Shown here one piece after another: positions 8,954 to 18,048 of a stretch of 64,000 nucleotides of DNA. The stretch spans positions 139,770-203,769 of the forward strand of contig VBWB01000004.1 in NCBI GenBank assembly GCA_006218045.1, given 5' to 3'. Every line of letters begins with the position of its first letter. Position 1 is the stretch's first letter. The DNA is from Stygiobacter sp. GTDB lineage: Bacteria; Pseudomonadota; Alphaproteobacteria; Rhodospirillales; Magnetospirillaceae. The notes under the pieces are model-generated. The model had not been told where the DNA came from and made no database searches. It saw nothing but the letters and a program-made list of their open reading frames with translations. The position numbers and the translations under genes were made by a program.

Positions 8954-9757
8954 TTGACCGCTTCGATCACCGATCTTTCCGCCCTGGGTGAATCCCTGCG
9001 CCGTCACGATCACGACCGTTACGCCACCGCCATGTTCGCCGATCCCGCCCACCGTGGCGATCTGTGGGTGCTTTATGCCTTCAACCTGGAACTCAGCCAG
9101 ATCCGCACCCAGGTGCGCGAGCCTCTGGCCGGCATGATCCGGCTGCAATGGTGGCGCGACGTGGTCGAAGGAGCGCGGCGGGAAGAAGCCATGCGCCACC
9201 CGGTCGGCGGGCCGCTGTTGGACCTGATCCAGCGCCGTCACCTCAAGGTGACGGATGTGCATGACCTGATCGATGTCCGTCAGCATGATCTGGAGCCGGC
9301 GCCTTTCGCCACCATCGCCCATTGGCAGGAGTATGGTCGCCGCACTTCGGGGGGGCTGGCCCGGCTGGCCGCTGCCGTGCTGGGGGGCGAGGATTGCCTT
9401 GCGGCGGAAAGTGCCGGTACCGCCTGGGCCTTGACCGGCTTGCTGCGCTCGGTTCCCTTTCATCTGGCCCAGGGCTGGAACAGTTTGCCCGCCGACGCCG
9501 TGTCAACGACGGCTGACAAAAAGGCTCTGGCCGCCTCGGTTCTGCGCTTGACCGACATTGTAAGCGAGCATTTGCGCCAATCCCGCCGTCTGCGGGCACC
9601 GCGCGCGGCCTTGCCGGCGCTGTTGCCGGCGGTACTGGCCGGGGCTTATCTGCGTCGCATCCGCGCGCTGGGCGGCGATGTCTTCGATTCCCGCTCGTAC
9701 CGGCCACGGCCCATGCCGGCGCGGCTGGCCTGGGCGGCCCTGCTGGGGCGGGTGTGA
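8954..9757 (+). CDS. Phytoene/squalene-synthase-fold protein, NDUFAF6-like
   Basis: LRRHDHDRY, LYAFNLEL, IRLQWWRD pattern. Lacks DDxxD motifs. TTG start. Confidence 0.8.
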   Translation: MTASITDLSALGESLRRHDHDRYATAMFADPAHRGDLWVLYAFNLELSQIRTQVREPLAGMIRLQWWRDVVEGARREEAMRHPVGGPLLDLIQRRHLKVTDVHDLIDVRQHDLEPAPFATIAHWQEYGRRTSGGLARLAAAVLGGEDCLAAESAGTAWALTGLLRSVPFHLAQGWNSLPADAVSTTADKKALAASVLRLTDIVSEHLRQSRRLRAPRAALPALLPAVLAGAYLRRIRALGGDVFDSRSYRPRPMPARLAWAALLGRV

Positions 9758-9931
9758 GGCGGCATCGATGTCTTTTCGTAACGAATGGACGAATGGACGA
9801 GAATTGTCCATATATCCGTCAACTTTAGGCTGACGTCGTCTAGGGCTGGTGAAAGTATAGTGCCTGAGCCCTGGTCGTGGCTGTTGGAACGATATCCTTG
9901 GCGATCATCGCCACCCAATTCATTTCTTTAT

Positions 9932-9978
9932 GAAAACAAATACAAAACCCGCCGCCATCACTGGGATAGCGGCGGGTT
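9932..9978 (-). terminator. Intrinsic terminator of the DUF2892 gene
   Basis: AACCCGCCGC...GCGGCGGGTT stem followed on the minus strand by TTTGTATTTGTTTT. Confidence 0.75.
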
Positions 9979-10000
9979 CCGAGTCTTGTAACCCAGTGGT

Positions 10001-10189
10001 TTACGGCGTCTTGCAGGTCTTGATGCCGAAGGGCAGATAGGCCGGGCACCAGCCAATCAGGCCGGTCAGCAGCGGCACCACGCCGATATAGCCCCACAGG
10101 CCCACGGTGCCGGTGACGGCCAGGGCGATCAGCACCAGACCCACGACGATGCGCAGGATGCGGTCGATGCCGCCAACATTCTTGTTCAT
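10001..10189 (-). CDS. DUF2892 (YgaP-like) small membrane protein
   Basis: MNKNVGGIDRILRIVVG...GWCPAY..FGI.TC. Confidence 0.88.
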   Translation of the reverse strand: MNKNVGGIDRILRIVVGLVLIALAVTGTVGLWGYIGVVPLLTGLIGWCPAYLPFGIKTCKTP

Positions 10190-10267
10190 GGGACGCGAAC
10201 TCCGAAAGGGATGAACCATTTGATGGTGGATTCATACGCCGATCCGCAGCTTTATTCGGTGACTAGG

Positions 10268-10930
10268 TCACACAGAATCGCGCAACGAAGCCAGGCCGGG
10301 ACGGTTTTTCAGCTCGACCCGCCCGCGATGCAGGCTGACCCATTGGCGCCGCTCGAATTCCTTGAGCTGGCGGCTGATCACTTCGCGCGCGGTGCCCAGT
10401 TCGGTGGCGATGTCCTGATGGGTGGATTTGATGCTGCCGTCGCCGCCGCAATGATGCAAAAGCCAGCCGGCCAGACGCACGTCGATGCGACCGAAGGCCA
10501 CTTCCTCGATCAGCATGAGCAAATCGGCGATGCGGGCGGCATAGGCGGAAAAGACGAAATCGCGAAAGGCATCCGAGCGCGCCAGCAGACCACGAAAGGC
10601 CGCGGCCGGCAGCACCAGCGCCCTGACGTCGCTTTCGGCGATGCCTTGGGCGGAATAATCGGCATGCGAGATCAGGCAATTGGTGGTGAGCACGCAAGAT
10701 TGCCCGCTTTCCACCCGGTAGAGTACGATTTCGCGGCCATTTTCCGCCACCTTCTGCACCCGCACCGAGCCGTTGATGACCAGGACGTAATTGGTGCATT
10801 CGCTGCCGTCATGGAAAACGGAAGTGCCGGCGGGCAGGCTGACCACCCGCGCCGAATTCTCCAGCAGGGCCGCCGATTGCGGGTCAAGGCGGGCGAATTG
10901 CGGAAAGGTGGTGGCGATTTCAGCGTTCAT
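10268..10930 (-). CDS. Crp/Fnr-family transcriptional regulator
   Basis: cNMP-like domain (VF.DGSEC, GREIVLYRV..G.SCVLT) and HTH THQDIATELGTAREVISRQLK. No Fnr Fe-S Cys cluster. Start uncertain. Confidence 0.87.
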   Translation of the reverse strand: MNAEIATTFPQFARLDPQSAALLENSARVVSLPAGTSVFHDGSECTNYVLVINGSVRVQKVAENGREIVLYRVESGQSCVLTTNCLISHADYSAQGIAESDVRALVLPAAAFRGLLARSDAFRDFVFSAYAARIADLLMLIEEVAFGRIDVRLAGWLLHHCGGDGSIKSTHQDIATELGTAREVISRQLKEFERRQWVSLHRGRVELKNRPGLASLRDSV

Positions 10931-10984
10931 CGGGTCATAGTGCCGCATGTGCGAAAGCGACGCCACAGCCAAGACGGGGGATGC

Positions 10985-11908
10985 ATGCGCCGGTTGATGA
11001 TTTTACTGGTCCTGTTGTTTCCATCGGCCTGCCTGGCCACGGAGAAGGACGATATCACCGCCGTTGCGGTGGCGCTTTCCTCGACCGATCCGACCTTGGA
11101 CCGGGTGGGGGCGGTGCGGGTTCTTGGTCTGCATCGCCTTGGTGCCATCCCGTCCTGGTTCGGCGGCATCTCCGGTCTGGCCTGGGAGGGCGATACCCTG
11201 GTCGGCGTGACCGACAAGGGGTATTGGCTGCGGTTTCACGTCGAGGCCGACGGGGACGGCCGACCGATTGCCCTGAGCGGGTTGCGGGGCGGGGCTTTGG
11301 GCGGTATCGCCCAAGACAGCAAGAGCGACGGCGATGCCGAGGAAGTCTTGCGCGATGGCTCGTCCTGGCTGGTGTCGTTCGAGCACCGGCACCGGGTTTG
11401 GCGTTATCCGTCCGACCTTGGCGGCAGCCCGATCGCCCTGCGATTGGCCGAGGAGGTGGCCGCCCTGGGTGAAAATGACGGCATCGAGGCCATGGCCCGG
11501 CTGGCGGATGGGCGCCTGCTGCTGATCGCCGAGGGCCGGGAAGGCGAGTCCACGTCACCGGCCTGGATCGGTGGTCCGGGGCAGTGGCGGCACTTGCTTT
11601 ATCCCCGTCACGGCCTGTTCCGCCCCACCGCCGCCGCTGCTCTGCCCGATGGCGGCCTGCTGGTGGTGGAGCGCCAATACACCATGATGGCCGGCCCGGC
11701 CATGCGTCTGTTGCGTCTGGACGCCGCCCGGGTGGAAACCCTGGCCGGGCACGAGATCATGCGGCTGGAGCCGCCGCTGAACGTGGACAATTTTGAAGCC
11801 ATCACCGTGCGGGCACGGGCCGATGGGCGACTGGTGGCGACCCTGATGACGGACGACAATTTCAATCCGTTGCAATCGACCCTGATGCTGACGCTGCTGC
11901 TGCCCTAA
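10985..11908 (+). CDS. Esterase-like activity of phytase family protein (secreted)
   Basis: Signal peptide, FGGISGL, DAEE, SFEH, NDGIEA, DNFEAI, TDDNFNPLQSTL. Confidence 0.8.
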   Translation: MRRLMILLVLLFPSACLATEKDDITAVAVALSSTDPTLDRVGAVRVLGLHRLGAIPSWFGGISGLAWEGDTLVGVTDKGYWLRFHVEADGDGRPIALSGLRGGALGGIAQDSKSDGDAEEVLRDGSSWLVSFEHRHRVWRYPSDLGGSPIALRLAEEVAALGENDGIEAMARLADGRLLLIAEGREGESTSPAWIGGPGQWRHLLYPRHGLFRPTAAAALPDGGLLVVERQYTMMAGPAMRLLRLDAARVETLAGHEIMRLEPPLNVDNFEAITVRARADGRLVATLMTDDNFNPLQSTLMLTLLLP

Positions 11909-12417
11909 ATCTCTTCCACATGGCAGGTCAGGTGCAATTCACCGGCGGTGTTGGTGATGGTGGCCAGACAGGCCTGGGCGCGTTCGGGCAGGCAGACGGA
12001 AAAGCGGGTGACGTACAGATTCTGCTCGGGCACCCGCTGGGCATCCATGCGCACGATATTGGCGTTGAACTGGCCGAAGACCTCGCTCAGGCGCGCCACC
12101 AGACCGGGACGGTCACCGCCCGAGACGATGACCCGGTGGGTGATGCGGCCAAGGGCGCCGTGGGCGGAATCAAGCTCGAACGGTCGCGCATCGATGCGGG
12201 CCTGGGCCAGTTCCGGCAGGGCGGCCAGTTCGCTTTGCAGATCGTCCAGGGCCAGACTGTCGGGCACCTCGCACACCGAACTGAATTCGGCCCCGGCCCC
12301 CAGCATGGCGAAACTGCTGTCGCCCAGGTTGACGCCCAGATCGAACAGCCGTCCGGTGATGGCGGCGATCAGGCCGGGACGGTCGGGGCAGGAAATGGAA
12401 ATCAGCACGGCGGCCAT
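11905..12417 (-). CDS. Tandem ACT-domain protein (GcvR-like)
   Basis: Two ACT repeats: CPDRPGLIAAIT and GGDRPGLVARLS. Confidence 0.8.
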   Translation of the reverse strand: MAAVLISISCPDRPGLIAAITGRLFDLGVNLGDSSFAMLGAGAEFSSVCEVPDSLALDDLQSELAALPELAQARIDARPFELDSAHGALGRITHRVIVSGGDRPGLVARLSEVFGQFNANIVRMDAQRVPEQNLYVTRFSVCLPERAQACLATITNTAGELHLTCHVEEI

Positions 12418-12531
12418 GAATGTTCTCCGTGAAAGCGTTGCCCTGATGATGCGCCAAGATGGGCCGATTTCAAGTCTGGGATCGTGCCCGGACGACGGCT
12501 ATACTGCCGCTGGCAGGCAAGGGAGCGGGGC

Positions 12532-12978
12532 GTGGGTGCGATCAGAGTGATCCTGGCCGTGGTGGTCGCGGTCGGCATGGTGGCCGGCGGCTGGGTCTGG
12601 TGGCAGGGCCGAGGGCGCATCGATCCCGACGACGCCGCCCAGGTGGCGCGCGGCAAAGTGGTCTATGCTCAGCATTGCGCCCAATGCCACGGCGCCCGGT
12701 TGCAGGGCGAGCCCGATTGGCGCACCCGCCTGCCCAGTGGCGAATTGCCGGCCCCGCCCCACGATGCCAGCGGCCATACCTGGCACCATGCCGACGAATA
12801 TCTGTTCGCGGTGACCAAACACGGCCTGGCCCGTTTCGCCCCGCCCGATTACAAAAGCAACATGCCGTCCTTCGTCGGCAAGCTGAGCGATGCCGATATC
12901 CGCGCCAGTCTGGCTTATATCAAGTCGTTCTGGCCCGAAGACATCCGCCGGCGTCAGGAAACGCTGAACCGGCGTTAG
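12532..12978 (+). CDS. Membrane-anchored monoheme cytochrome c
   Basis: N-terminal TM helix, CAQCH, APPHDASGHTWHH, distal MP. GTG start chosen behind a GGAG. Confidence 0.87.
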   Translation: MGAIRVILAVVVAVGMVAGGWVWWQGRGRIDPDDAAQVARGKVVYAQHCAQCHGARLQGEPDWRTRLPSGELPAPPHDASGHTWHHADEYLFAVTKHGLARFAPPDYKSNMPSFVGKLSDADIRASLAYIKSFWPEDIRRRQETLNRR

Positions 12979-13091
12979 AGCATTTTCACGCAAAGCGTGG
13001 ACATGCGATAAGCCGGAGCGGCGCCTGAGCGGCCCGTCACGGGCCACATTTGAAACCAAGACCAGTTTCCGCTTTAGCTGAAACTGGTCTA
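12976..13091 (+). repeat. MITE-like dispersed palindromic repeat, copy 2
   Basis: Imperfect terminal inverted repeats TAGAGCATTTTC / TAGACCAGTTTC (10 of 12). Fills the whole gap between two convergent TAG stops. Confidence 0.85.
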
Positions 13092-13859
13092 AGTGCGCCG
13101 CCAGCCGGCTTCGGCGCGGACAAAGCCGTGATGGCGAACGGCATGAAAGCCGGAGCCGCTCCAGCCGCGGATGTCCACCTCCAGGCTGGGACCGTCGATG
13201 CGGATCAGGGCGTAGCCGTTGGCATCCTCGCGCAGGCGGGTCGAGCAGGCGGTCGAGGCCTGAACCAGCACGCAGGCGCCATGGTCGGGCGAATCGATCA
13301 GGTCCACATGGGCCTTGTGCACGTGGCCGGCCAGGATCAGGTCGACACCAAGTTCGGTCAGGCTGTGGAACGGATGGCCGGACGGGGCGGTGTTGGGCGG
13401 ATGATGCAAGAACACGATCTTGCAATGGTGGGCAGCGCTGTCTTGCAGACTGTCTTCCACATGGTCGAGATGGTGGTCACGCAATTTGCCGCTTTGCCAG
13501 CGCAAATGGCGGGTGCTGTCCAGGCCGATGACGATGATCTCGTCGTCGGTCCAGGCATTGGCGTGGGCGCTGGCCGGCAGGTACTTCTCGAATTTTGCCC
13601 GGGGCTTGAGCAGGCGTTTCAGTGGGCGGTAGAGCGGGGCCAGGTCGTGATTGCCGGGCACCACCAGCACCGGAATGCCCAGGCGCTCCAGGAATTTGCG
13701 CGCTTCCACGAATTGATGGCTTTTGGCCCGCTGGGTCAGGTCGCCGGAAATGATCGCCAGATGCGGGCGGTGCTGGACGATGTCGTGCACCAGGGCGTCG
13801 ACCACCACCGGGTCGGTGCGACCGAAATGCAGGTCCGACAGATGGGCGATCAGGCGCAT
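13089..13859 (-). CDS. Calcineurin-like metallophosphoesterase (CpdA-like)
   Basis: SDLHFG, SGDLTQ, PGNHD, HHPP and GHVH motifs. Confidence 0.88.
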   Translation of the reverse strand: MRLIAHLSDLHFGRTDPVVVDALVHDIVQHRPHLAIISGDLTQRAKSHQFVEARKFLERLGIPVLVVPGNHDLAPLYRPLKRLLKPRAKFEKYLPASAHANAWTDDEIIVIGLDSTRHLRWQSGKLRDHHLDHVEDSLQDSAAHHCKIVFLHHPPNTAPSGHPFHSLTELGVDLILAGHVHKAHVDLIDSPDHGACVLVQASTACSTRLREDANGYALIRIDGPSLEVDIRGWSGSGFHAVRHHGFVRAEAGWRRT

Positions 13860-14761
13860 GGCGTTGCTTCCGGGACCAGGACACGCAGGGATTTGGGGTG
13901 GCTGCGAAACACCAGGGGGGCGCGCAACACGGTGACTTCGCCGTCCAGCGACAGCATCATCCGGCTTTTGCGCCCGGTCACCACCACCTGCTCGGCGCTG
14001 AAGATCTCGAGCAGGCGGTTGACCCGCCAACGGCCCACCAGGGCGTTCAAGGCCAGCCACAGCAAGCCTCCGCGTGAGGTGGTCTTGGCCACGTGCACCA
14101 TCAATTCGCCCCGGTCCAGGCTGGCCCGCGACGGCGGCAAAGGCAGCGGCGTTTCCGCCCAGGCGTTGTTGGAGATGACGACGATGGGGGTGGTCATGCT
14201 GGTGGTGTGGCCATCAATGGTGATGTCCACCTGCATCAGCGGATAACGGCGAAGGGCGCGCAACGCCGCCAGGGCGAAGGCCCGCCATTTGCTCAAGCCT
14301 TCGGCCTGCAACTTGTCGCGGCGGCGCACCACCCTGGGATGCATGCCCAACGACGCCCAGATGGCGAAGGGCAGGCCGTTGACCTCGGCCAGATCGATTT
14401 CGGCCACGCGGCTGCTGGCCAGGGCCTGGGAAGCGGCCAGCGGGTCGATGGGCAGGCCCAGGTCGCGGGCCAGCAGGTTGAGCGTGCCCAGGGGCAGCAG
14501 GCCCACCGGCTTGTCGTTGCCCAGACCGGCCAGGATGGCGGTCAGGAAGGTGCCGTCGCCGCCGCCGATGATGATGGCGTCGATGTCGTCGCGCCGTACC
14601 CATTGGGCCAGGGCGGCGGGCAGGTCGCGCTTGCCGCAGACGGTGACGGCGAGGTCATGACCATGGCGGCGAAAAATGGCGGCGATGGCCTCGACCGTCG
14701 GCTCCAGCGGCAGACGGCGAAAGCTTCCGGCGGATCGGTTGATGACCAGGGCAAGGCGCAT
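13850..14761 (-). CDS. Diacylglycerol/lipid kinase family protein (YegS/DAGK-like)
   Basis: NRSAGS, GGGDGT, LPLGTLNLLARDLG, LDGE. Confidence 0.85.
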   Translation of the reverse strand: MRLALVINRSAGSFRRLPLEPTVEAIAAIFRRHGHDLAVTVCGKRDLPAALAQWVRRDDIDAIIIGGGDGTFLTAILAGLGNDKPVGLLPLGTLNLLARDLGLPIDPLAASQALASSRVAEIDLAEVNGLPFAIWASLGMHPRVVRRRDKLQAEGLSKWRAFALAALRALRRYPLMQVDITIDGHTTSMTTPIVVISNNAWAETPLPLPPSRASLDRGELMVHVAKTTSRGGLLWLALNALVGRWRVNRLLEIFSAEQVVVTGRKSRMMLSLDGEVTVLRAPLVFRSHPKSLRVLVPEATPCA

Positions 14762-14907
14762 GGGTGATTTTTAGCCTGTTTACCGGCGTCACTGTCAAGG
14801 TGGTGACGCAACGTGCCGATGACGATGGATTCCCACCCTAAACCATGCATCTAATCATTGCAGTCATTTGACCGGAATTAAGCACAAGCGTATGGTGGCT
14901 GACCGCC

Positions 14908-14921
14908 TTGACATTAATCAA
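14908..14921. promoter_or_regulatory. Fnr/FixK-type box
   Basis: TTGAC-ATTA-ATCAA fits TTGA-N6-TCAA, in a divergent intergenic region. Confidence 0.5.
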
Positions 14922-14945
14922 TGGGGATGGGGTCGCGCAGGGATC

Positions 14946-16061
14946 ATGTACCAATTGCCCGCCGTTCATCGCGGTATCGCCGAGCGCCTGATCTGTCTGC
15001 ATGACGAAATCAAGGGCGAGAACACCTTGGCATCGCTAAGCCGCATCGCGGTGGCCCTTTACGACGATACTTCCGATCTGGTGAAGACCTTCATCCATTC
15101 CTCCGATGGTGACAACCCGGTGGACGGCGCCTCGATCCCGCTGGCGCAATCCAATTCGCTCATGCAATTGGCCAAGACCGGGGCGCGGCGGATCATCAAC
15201 GACCTGACCCCGTCCGCCACCGATGGCGGCAGCTTTTCCCGCCGGCTTTACGATGCCGGCTATCGCTCCAGCTACACCGTGCCCATCGTCAACAAGGGGA
15301 CGTTTTACGGCTTCTTGTTCTTCAACTCGTTCGAGATCGGCTTTTTCCAGCCGCCGGTGGTGCAGCGTCTGCGTCCCTATGCCGAGTTGATTTCTCTGGC
15401 GGTGATGCGCGAGCTGGATACCGTGCGCATGATGCGGGCGGCGGTGAAGGTCATCCGTTCGGTCAGTTCGGCCCGGGACGAGGAAACCGGGTCGCATCTG
15501 GCTCGCATGGCCCGCTATGCCCGCCTGATCGCCGCCAAGATGCCCGACACTTACGGGCTGACCGATGAGTATATCGAGTTTCTGTTCCAGTTTTGTCCGC
15601 TGCACGACGTGGGCAAGGTGGCGGTGCCCGATGCCATCTTGCTGAAACCCGGCAAGCTGACCGAGGACGAATTCACCCTGATGAAGGGCCATGTGGTCAA
15701 GGGGGTGGAAATCATCGATCTGATGATGCGCGATTTCGGCCTGAAATCCATGCCCTACCTGGACGTTCTGCGCAACATCGTCGCCTATCACCATGAAGCC
15801 CTGGACGGCAGCGGCTATCCCTATGGCCTCAAGGGCGGTCAGATCCCCATCGAGGCGCGCATCGCCGCCGTCGCCGACGTCTTCGACGCCCTGACGTCGG
15901 TACGCCCGTACAAGCAAGCCTGGACCAACCAAGAGGCCATGCACTTGCTGCAACGAAATGCCGGCACCAAGTTCGATCCCGATTGCGTCGACATCCTGGC
16001 CTCCAGCATGGAGGAGATCGTGGCCATCCAGGCCCGCTTCGCCGAGACCGTATTTGATTGA
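14946..16061 (+). CDS. GAF + HD-GYP cyclic di-GMP phosphodiesterase
   Basis: RDEETGSHLARM, LHDVGK, HHEALDGSGYPYGLKG, VADVFDALTSVRPYK. Confidence 0.88.
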   Translation: MYQLPAVHRGIAERLICLHDEIKGENTLASLSRIAVALYDDTSDLVKTFIHSSDGDNPVDGASIPLAQSNSLMQLAKTGARRIINDLTPSATDGGSFSRRLYDAGYRSSYTVPIVNKGTFYGFLFFNSFEIGFFQPPVVQRLRPYAELISLAVMRELDTVRMMRAAVKVIRSVSSARDEETGSHLARMARYARLIAAKMPDTYGLTDEYIEFLFQFCPLHDVGKVAVPDAILLKPGKLTEDEFTLMKGHVVKGVEIIDLMMRDFGLKSMPYLDVLRNIVAYHHEALDGSGYPYGLKGGQIPIEARIAAVADVFDALTSVRPYKQAWTNQEAMHLLQRNAGTKFDPDCVDILASSMEEIVAIQARFAETVFD

Positions 16062-16112
16062 CCCTGACCGCGCCTCCATGCTCCCCTTTGATCTCGGGCA
16101 GGGAAGGGGGCG

Positions 16113-16982
16113 ATGGTGAAGCGTCTGGCGTTGTCGATGGTGCTGTCGGTGTCGGTGTCGGTGTCGTCCCCAGCCGGGGCCGAGCCCATGAGCGCCGGCC
16201 AATGGGCGGCGTTGACCCAGCCGGTGCCGGAACGGCCATCCTCGGTCGGCGGTGCCGCCGCCGGCTGCCTGATCGGGGCGCAGGCCTTGCCGGCGGACAG
16301 CCAGGGGCTGCAAATCCTGCGTCCGCAGCGCAACCGCTTCTGGGCTCATCCCCGCACCGTCGCTTACATCGAGCAATTGGGCCGCACCGCCCATCACCAG
16401 GGGCTGGGACCGCTGCTGATCGGCGACATGTCGCAGCCGCGCGGCGGCCCCATGGCCTATGGTCATGGCAGCCACCAGAACGGGCTGGATGTGGATATCT
16501 GGTTTCGTTTGCCGGGCAAGACGCTGAACGCGCGTGAATTGGGCAACCCCACTCCGGTTTCCATGGTGCGCGGGCGCAATGTCGATTCGCGGCATTGGAG
16601 CGGGCGGCAGTTGAAAGTGCTGGAACTGGCGGCAAGCTCGCCCGAAATCGACCGCATCTTCGTCAATCCGGCGATCAAGGCGGCAGCCTGCAAGGCGGCC
16701 AGGGGCAATACCGACTGGCTGGCCAAGCTGCGCCCCTGGTGGGGGCATGACGAACATTTCCACGTGCGGCTGACCTGTTCCATCGGCGACGTCAACTGCG
16801 TCACCCAGGCGCCGGTTCCGCCCGGTGACGGCTGTGGGGCCGAGTTGTCGTCGTGGTTGGCCAAGTCCACCTTGCTGCCCGATCACGGACGCGATAAGCC
16901 CAACACCCGGCGGCCCAACCTGCCGTCCCTGTGCTCGCAGGTATTGGATCAGCCGACGGCGCAAGAGGCCAGCGCGCGCTGA
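16113..16982 (+). CDS. mepA: Penicillin-insensitive murein endopeptidase
   Basis: Signal peptide, [33 protein letters not shown]. Confidence 0.9.
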   Translation: MVKRLALSMVLSVSVSVSSPAGAEPMSAGQWAALTQPVPERPSSVGGAAAGCLIGAQALPADSQGLQILRPQRNRFWAHPRTVAYIEQLGRTAHHQGLGPLLIGDMSQPRGGPMAYGHGSHQNGLDVDIWFRLPGKTLNARELGNPTPVSMVRGRNVDSRHWSGRQLKVLELAASSPEIDRIFVNPAIKAAACKAARGNTDWLAKLRPWWGHDEHFHVRLTCSIGDVNCVTQAPVPPGDGCGAELSSWLAKSTLLPDHGRDKPNTRRPNLPSLCSQVLDQPTAQEASAR

Positions 16983-16995
16983 TCCTCCTTCGGGC

Positions 16996-17024
16996 TTGCC
17001 AAAGTCCGCGCAAGCGAGTAAGAA
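16996..17024 (+). promoter_or_regulatory. Putative sigma70 promoter of rpsB-tsf
   Basis: TTGCCA-17 nt-TAAGAA upstream of the rpsB leader. Confidence 0.55.
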
Positions 17025-17029
17025 GCCGC

Positions 17030-17143
17030 CACCAAACCGCACGCGGGTCCGCGGCGGCGCTCAGGCGTTGTCGCTCCGGTGCCGGGTCTATCCCGGCGTT
17101 TGCCCGCGGAGGCTCAACCGGAGAAAGAAAAGGAATTCTCTCC
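17030..17143 (+). promoter_or_regulatory. Structured rpsB 5' leader (uS2 autoregulatory element, t44-like)
   Basis: ~110-nt GC-rich leader with CGCACGCGG and GCGGAGGCTCAACCGG segments. Position matches known S2 autoregulation. Confidence 0.5.
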
Positions 17144-17938
17144 ATGTCCATGCCGATCTTCTCCATGCGCCAGCTCGTCGAAGCTGGTGTGCATTTCGGT
17201 CACAATACCCGCCGCTGGAACCCCAAGATGGCGCCGTTCCTGTTCGGTATCCGCAACGGCATTCACATCATCGACCTGCAGCAATCGGTGCCGATGCTGC
17301 ATGCCGCCATGACCGCCGTGCGCAACGTCGTTGCCGGCGGTGGCCGCGTTCTGTTCGTGGGCACCAAGCGCGCCGCTTCCGACACCGTCGCCGAAGCCGC
17401 CAAGAAGTGCGGCCAGTACTATGTCAATCACCGCTGGCTGGGCGGCATGCTGACCAACTGGAAGACCATCTCGCACTCGATCAAGCGCCTGCGCGAACTG
17501 GACGAGATGCTGGCTTCCGGCACCCTGGCCGGCCTGACCAAGAAGGAACAGCTGGTCCTGGCCCGTGAAAAGGAAAAGCTGGACCGCGCTCTCGGCGGCA
17601 TCAAGGACATGGGCGGCCTGCCGGACATCCTGTTCATCATCGACACCAACAAGGAAGCCCTGGCCGTTCAGGAAGCCAACAAGCTGGGCATCCCGGTGGT
17701 CGCCATCCTCGATTCCAACTCCGACCCGTCGGGCGTGCAGTTCCCGGTTCCCGGCAATGACGACGCCATCCGTGCCATTCAGACCTATTGCGATCTGATG
17801 GTCGGCGCCGTTCTCGACGGCATCCAGGCCGAAATCGGTCGCTCCGGCGGCGATATCGGCGCCCAGGCGGAAGCCCCGGTGGAAGTGATCCCCGCCGAAG
17901 CTGAAGTCGTGGCCGTGGAAGCCCCTTCGGCCGAATAA
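17144..17938 (+). CDS. rpsB: 30S ribosomal protein S2
   Basis: [37 protein letters not shown]. Confidence 0.97.
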   Translation: MSMPIFSMRQLVEAGVHFGHNTRRWNPKMAPFLFGIRNGIHIIDLQQSVPMLHAAMTAVRNVVAGGGRVLFVGTKRAASDTVAEAAKKCGQYYVNHRWLGGMLTNWKTISHSIKRLRELDEMLASGTLAGLTKKEQLVLAREKEKLDRALGGIKDMGGLPDILFIIDTNKEALAVQEANKLGIPVVAILDSNSDPSGVQFPVPGNDDAIRAIQTYCDLMVGAVLDGIQAEIGRSGGDIGAQAEAPVEVIPAEAEVVAVEAPSAE

Positions 17939-17955
17939 GGCCCAAGACCGTTATG

Positions 17956-17988
17956 AAATGGCGGCGACAGGCGTCGCCGCCATTTTGT
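17956..17988 (+). terminator. Intercistronic terminator between rpsB and tsf
   Basis: AAATGGCGGCGAC-AGGC-GTCGCCGCCATTT followed by TGTT. Confidence 0.8.
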
Positions 17989-18048
17989 TAAGTACGAGAC
18001 GTTACAGATCTGTTTCTTCGATCACACCAAACGAAGAGGAATATTCCC

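Noticed and set aside
10211-10984. Long N-terminal extensions in the ORF track (also 5969-7750, 21712-21993, 29963-30376, 33401-33601, 16931-17143, 57414-57488)
   Set aside because: They overlap neighbouring genes or leaders. The true starts are marked by homology, SD sites or ATGA coupling.
14846-14862. TGCA-N9-TGCA resembling an NtrC site
   Set aside because: The inner conserved bases do not match and there is no sigma54 -24/-12 motif nearby.
16145-16166. (GTCGGT)n repeat in the mepA signal peptide
   Set aside because: Short in-frame hexamer (SVSVSVS). Slippage would not shift the frame, so it is not a phase-variation switch.
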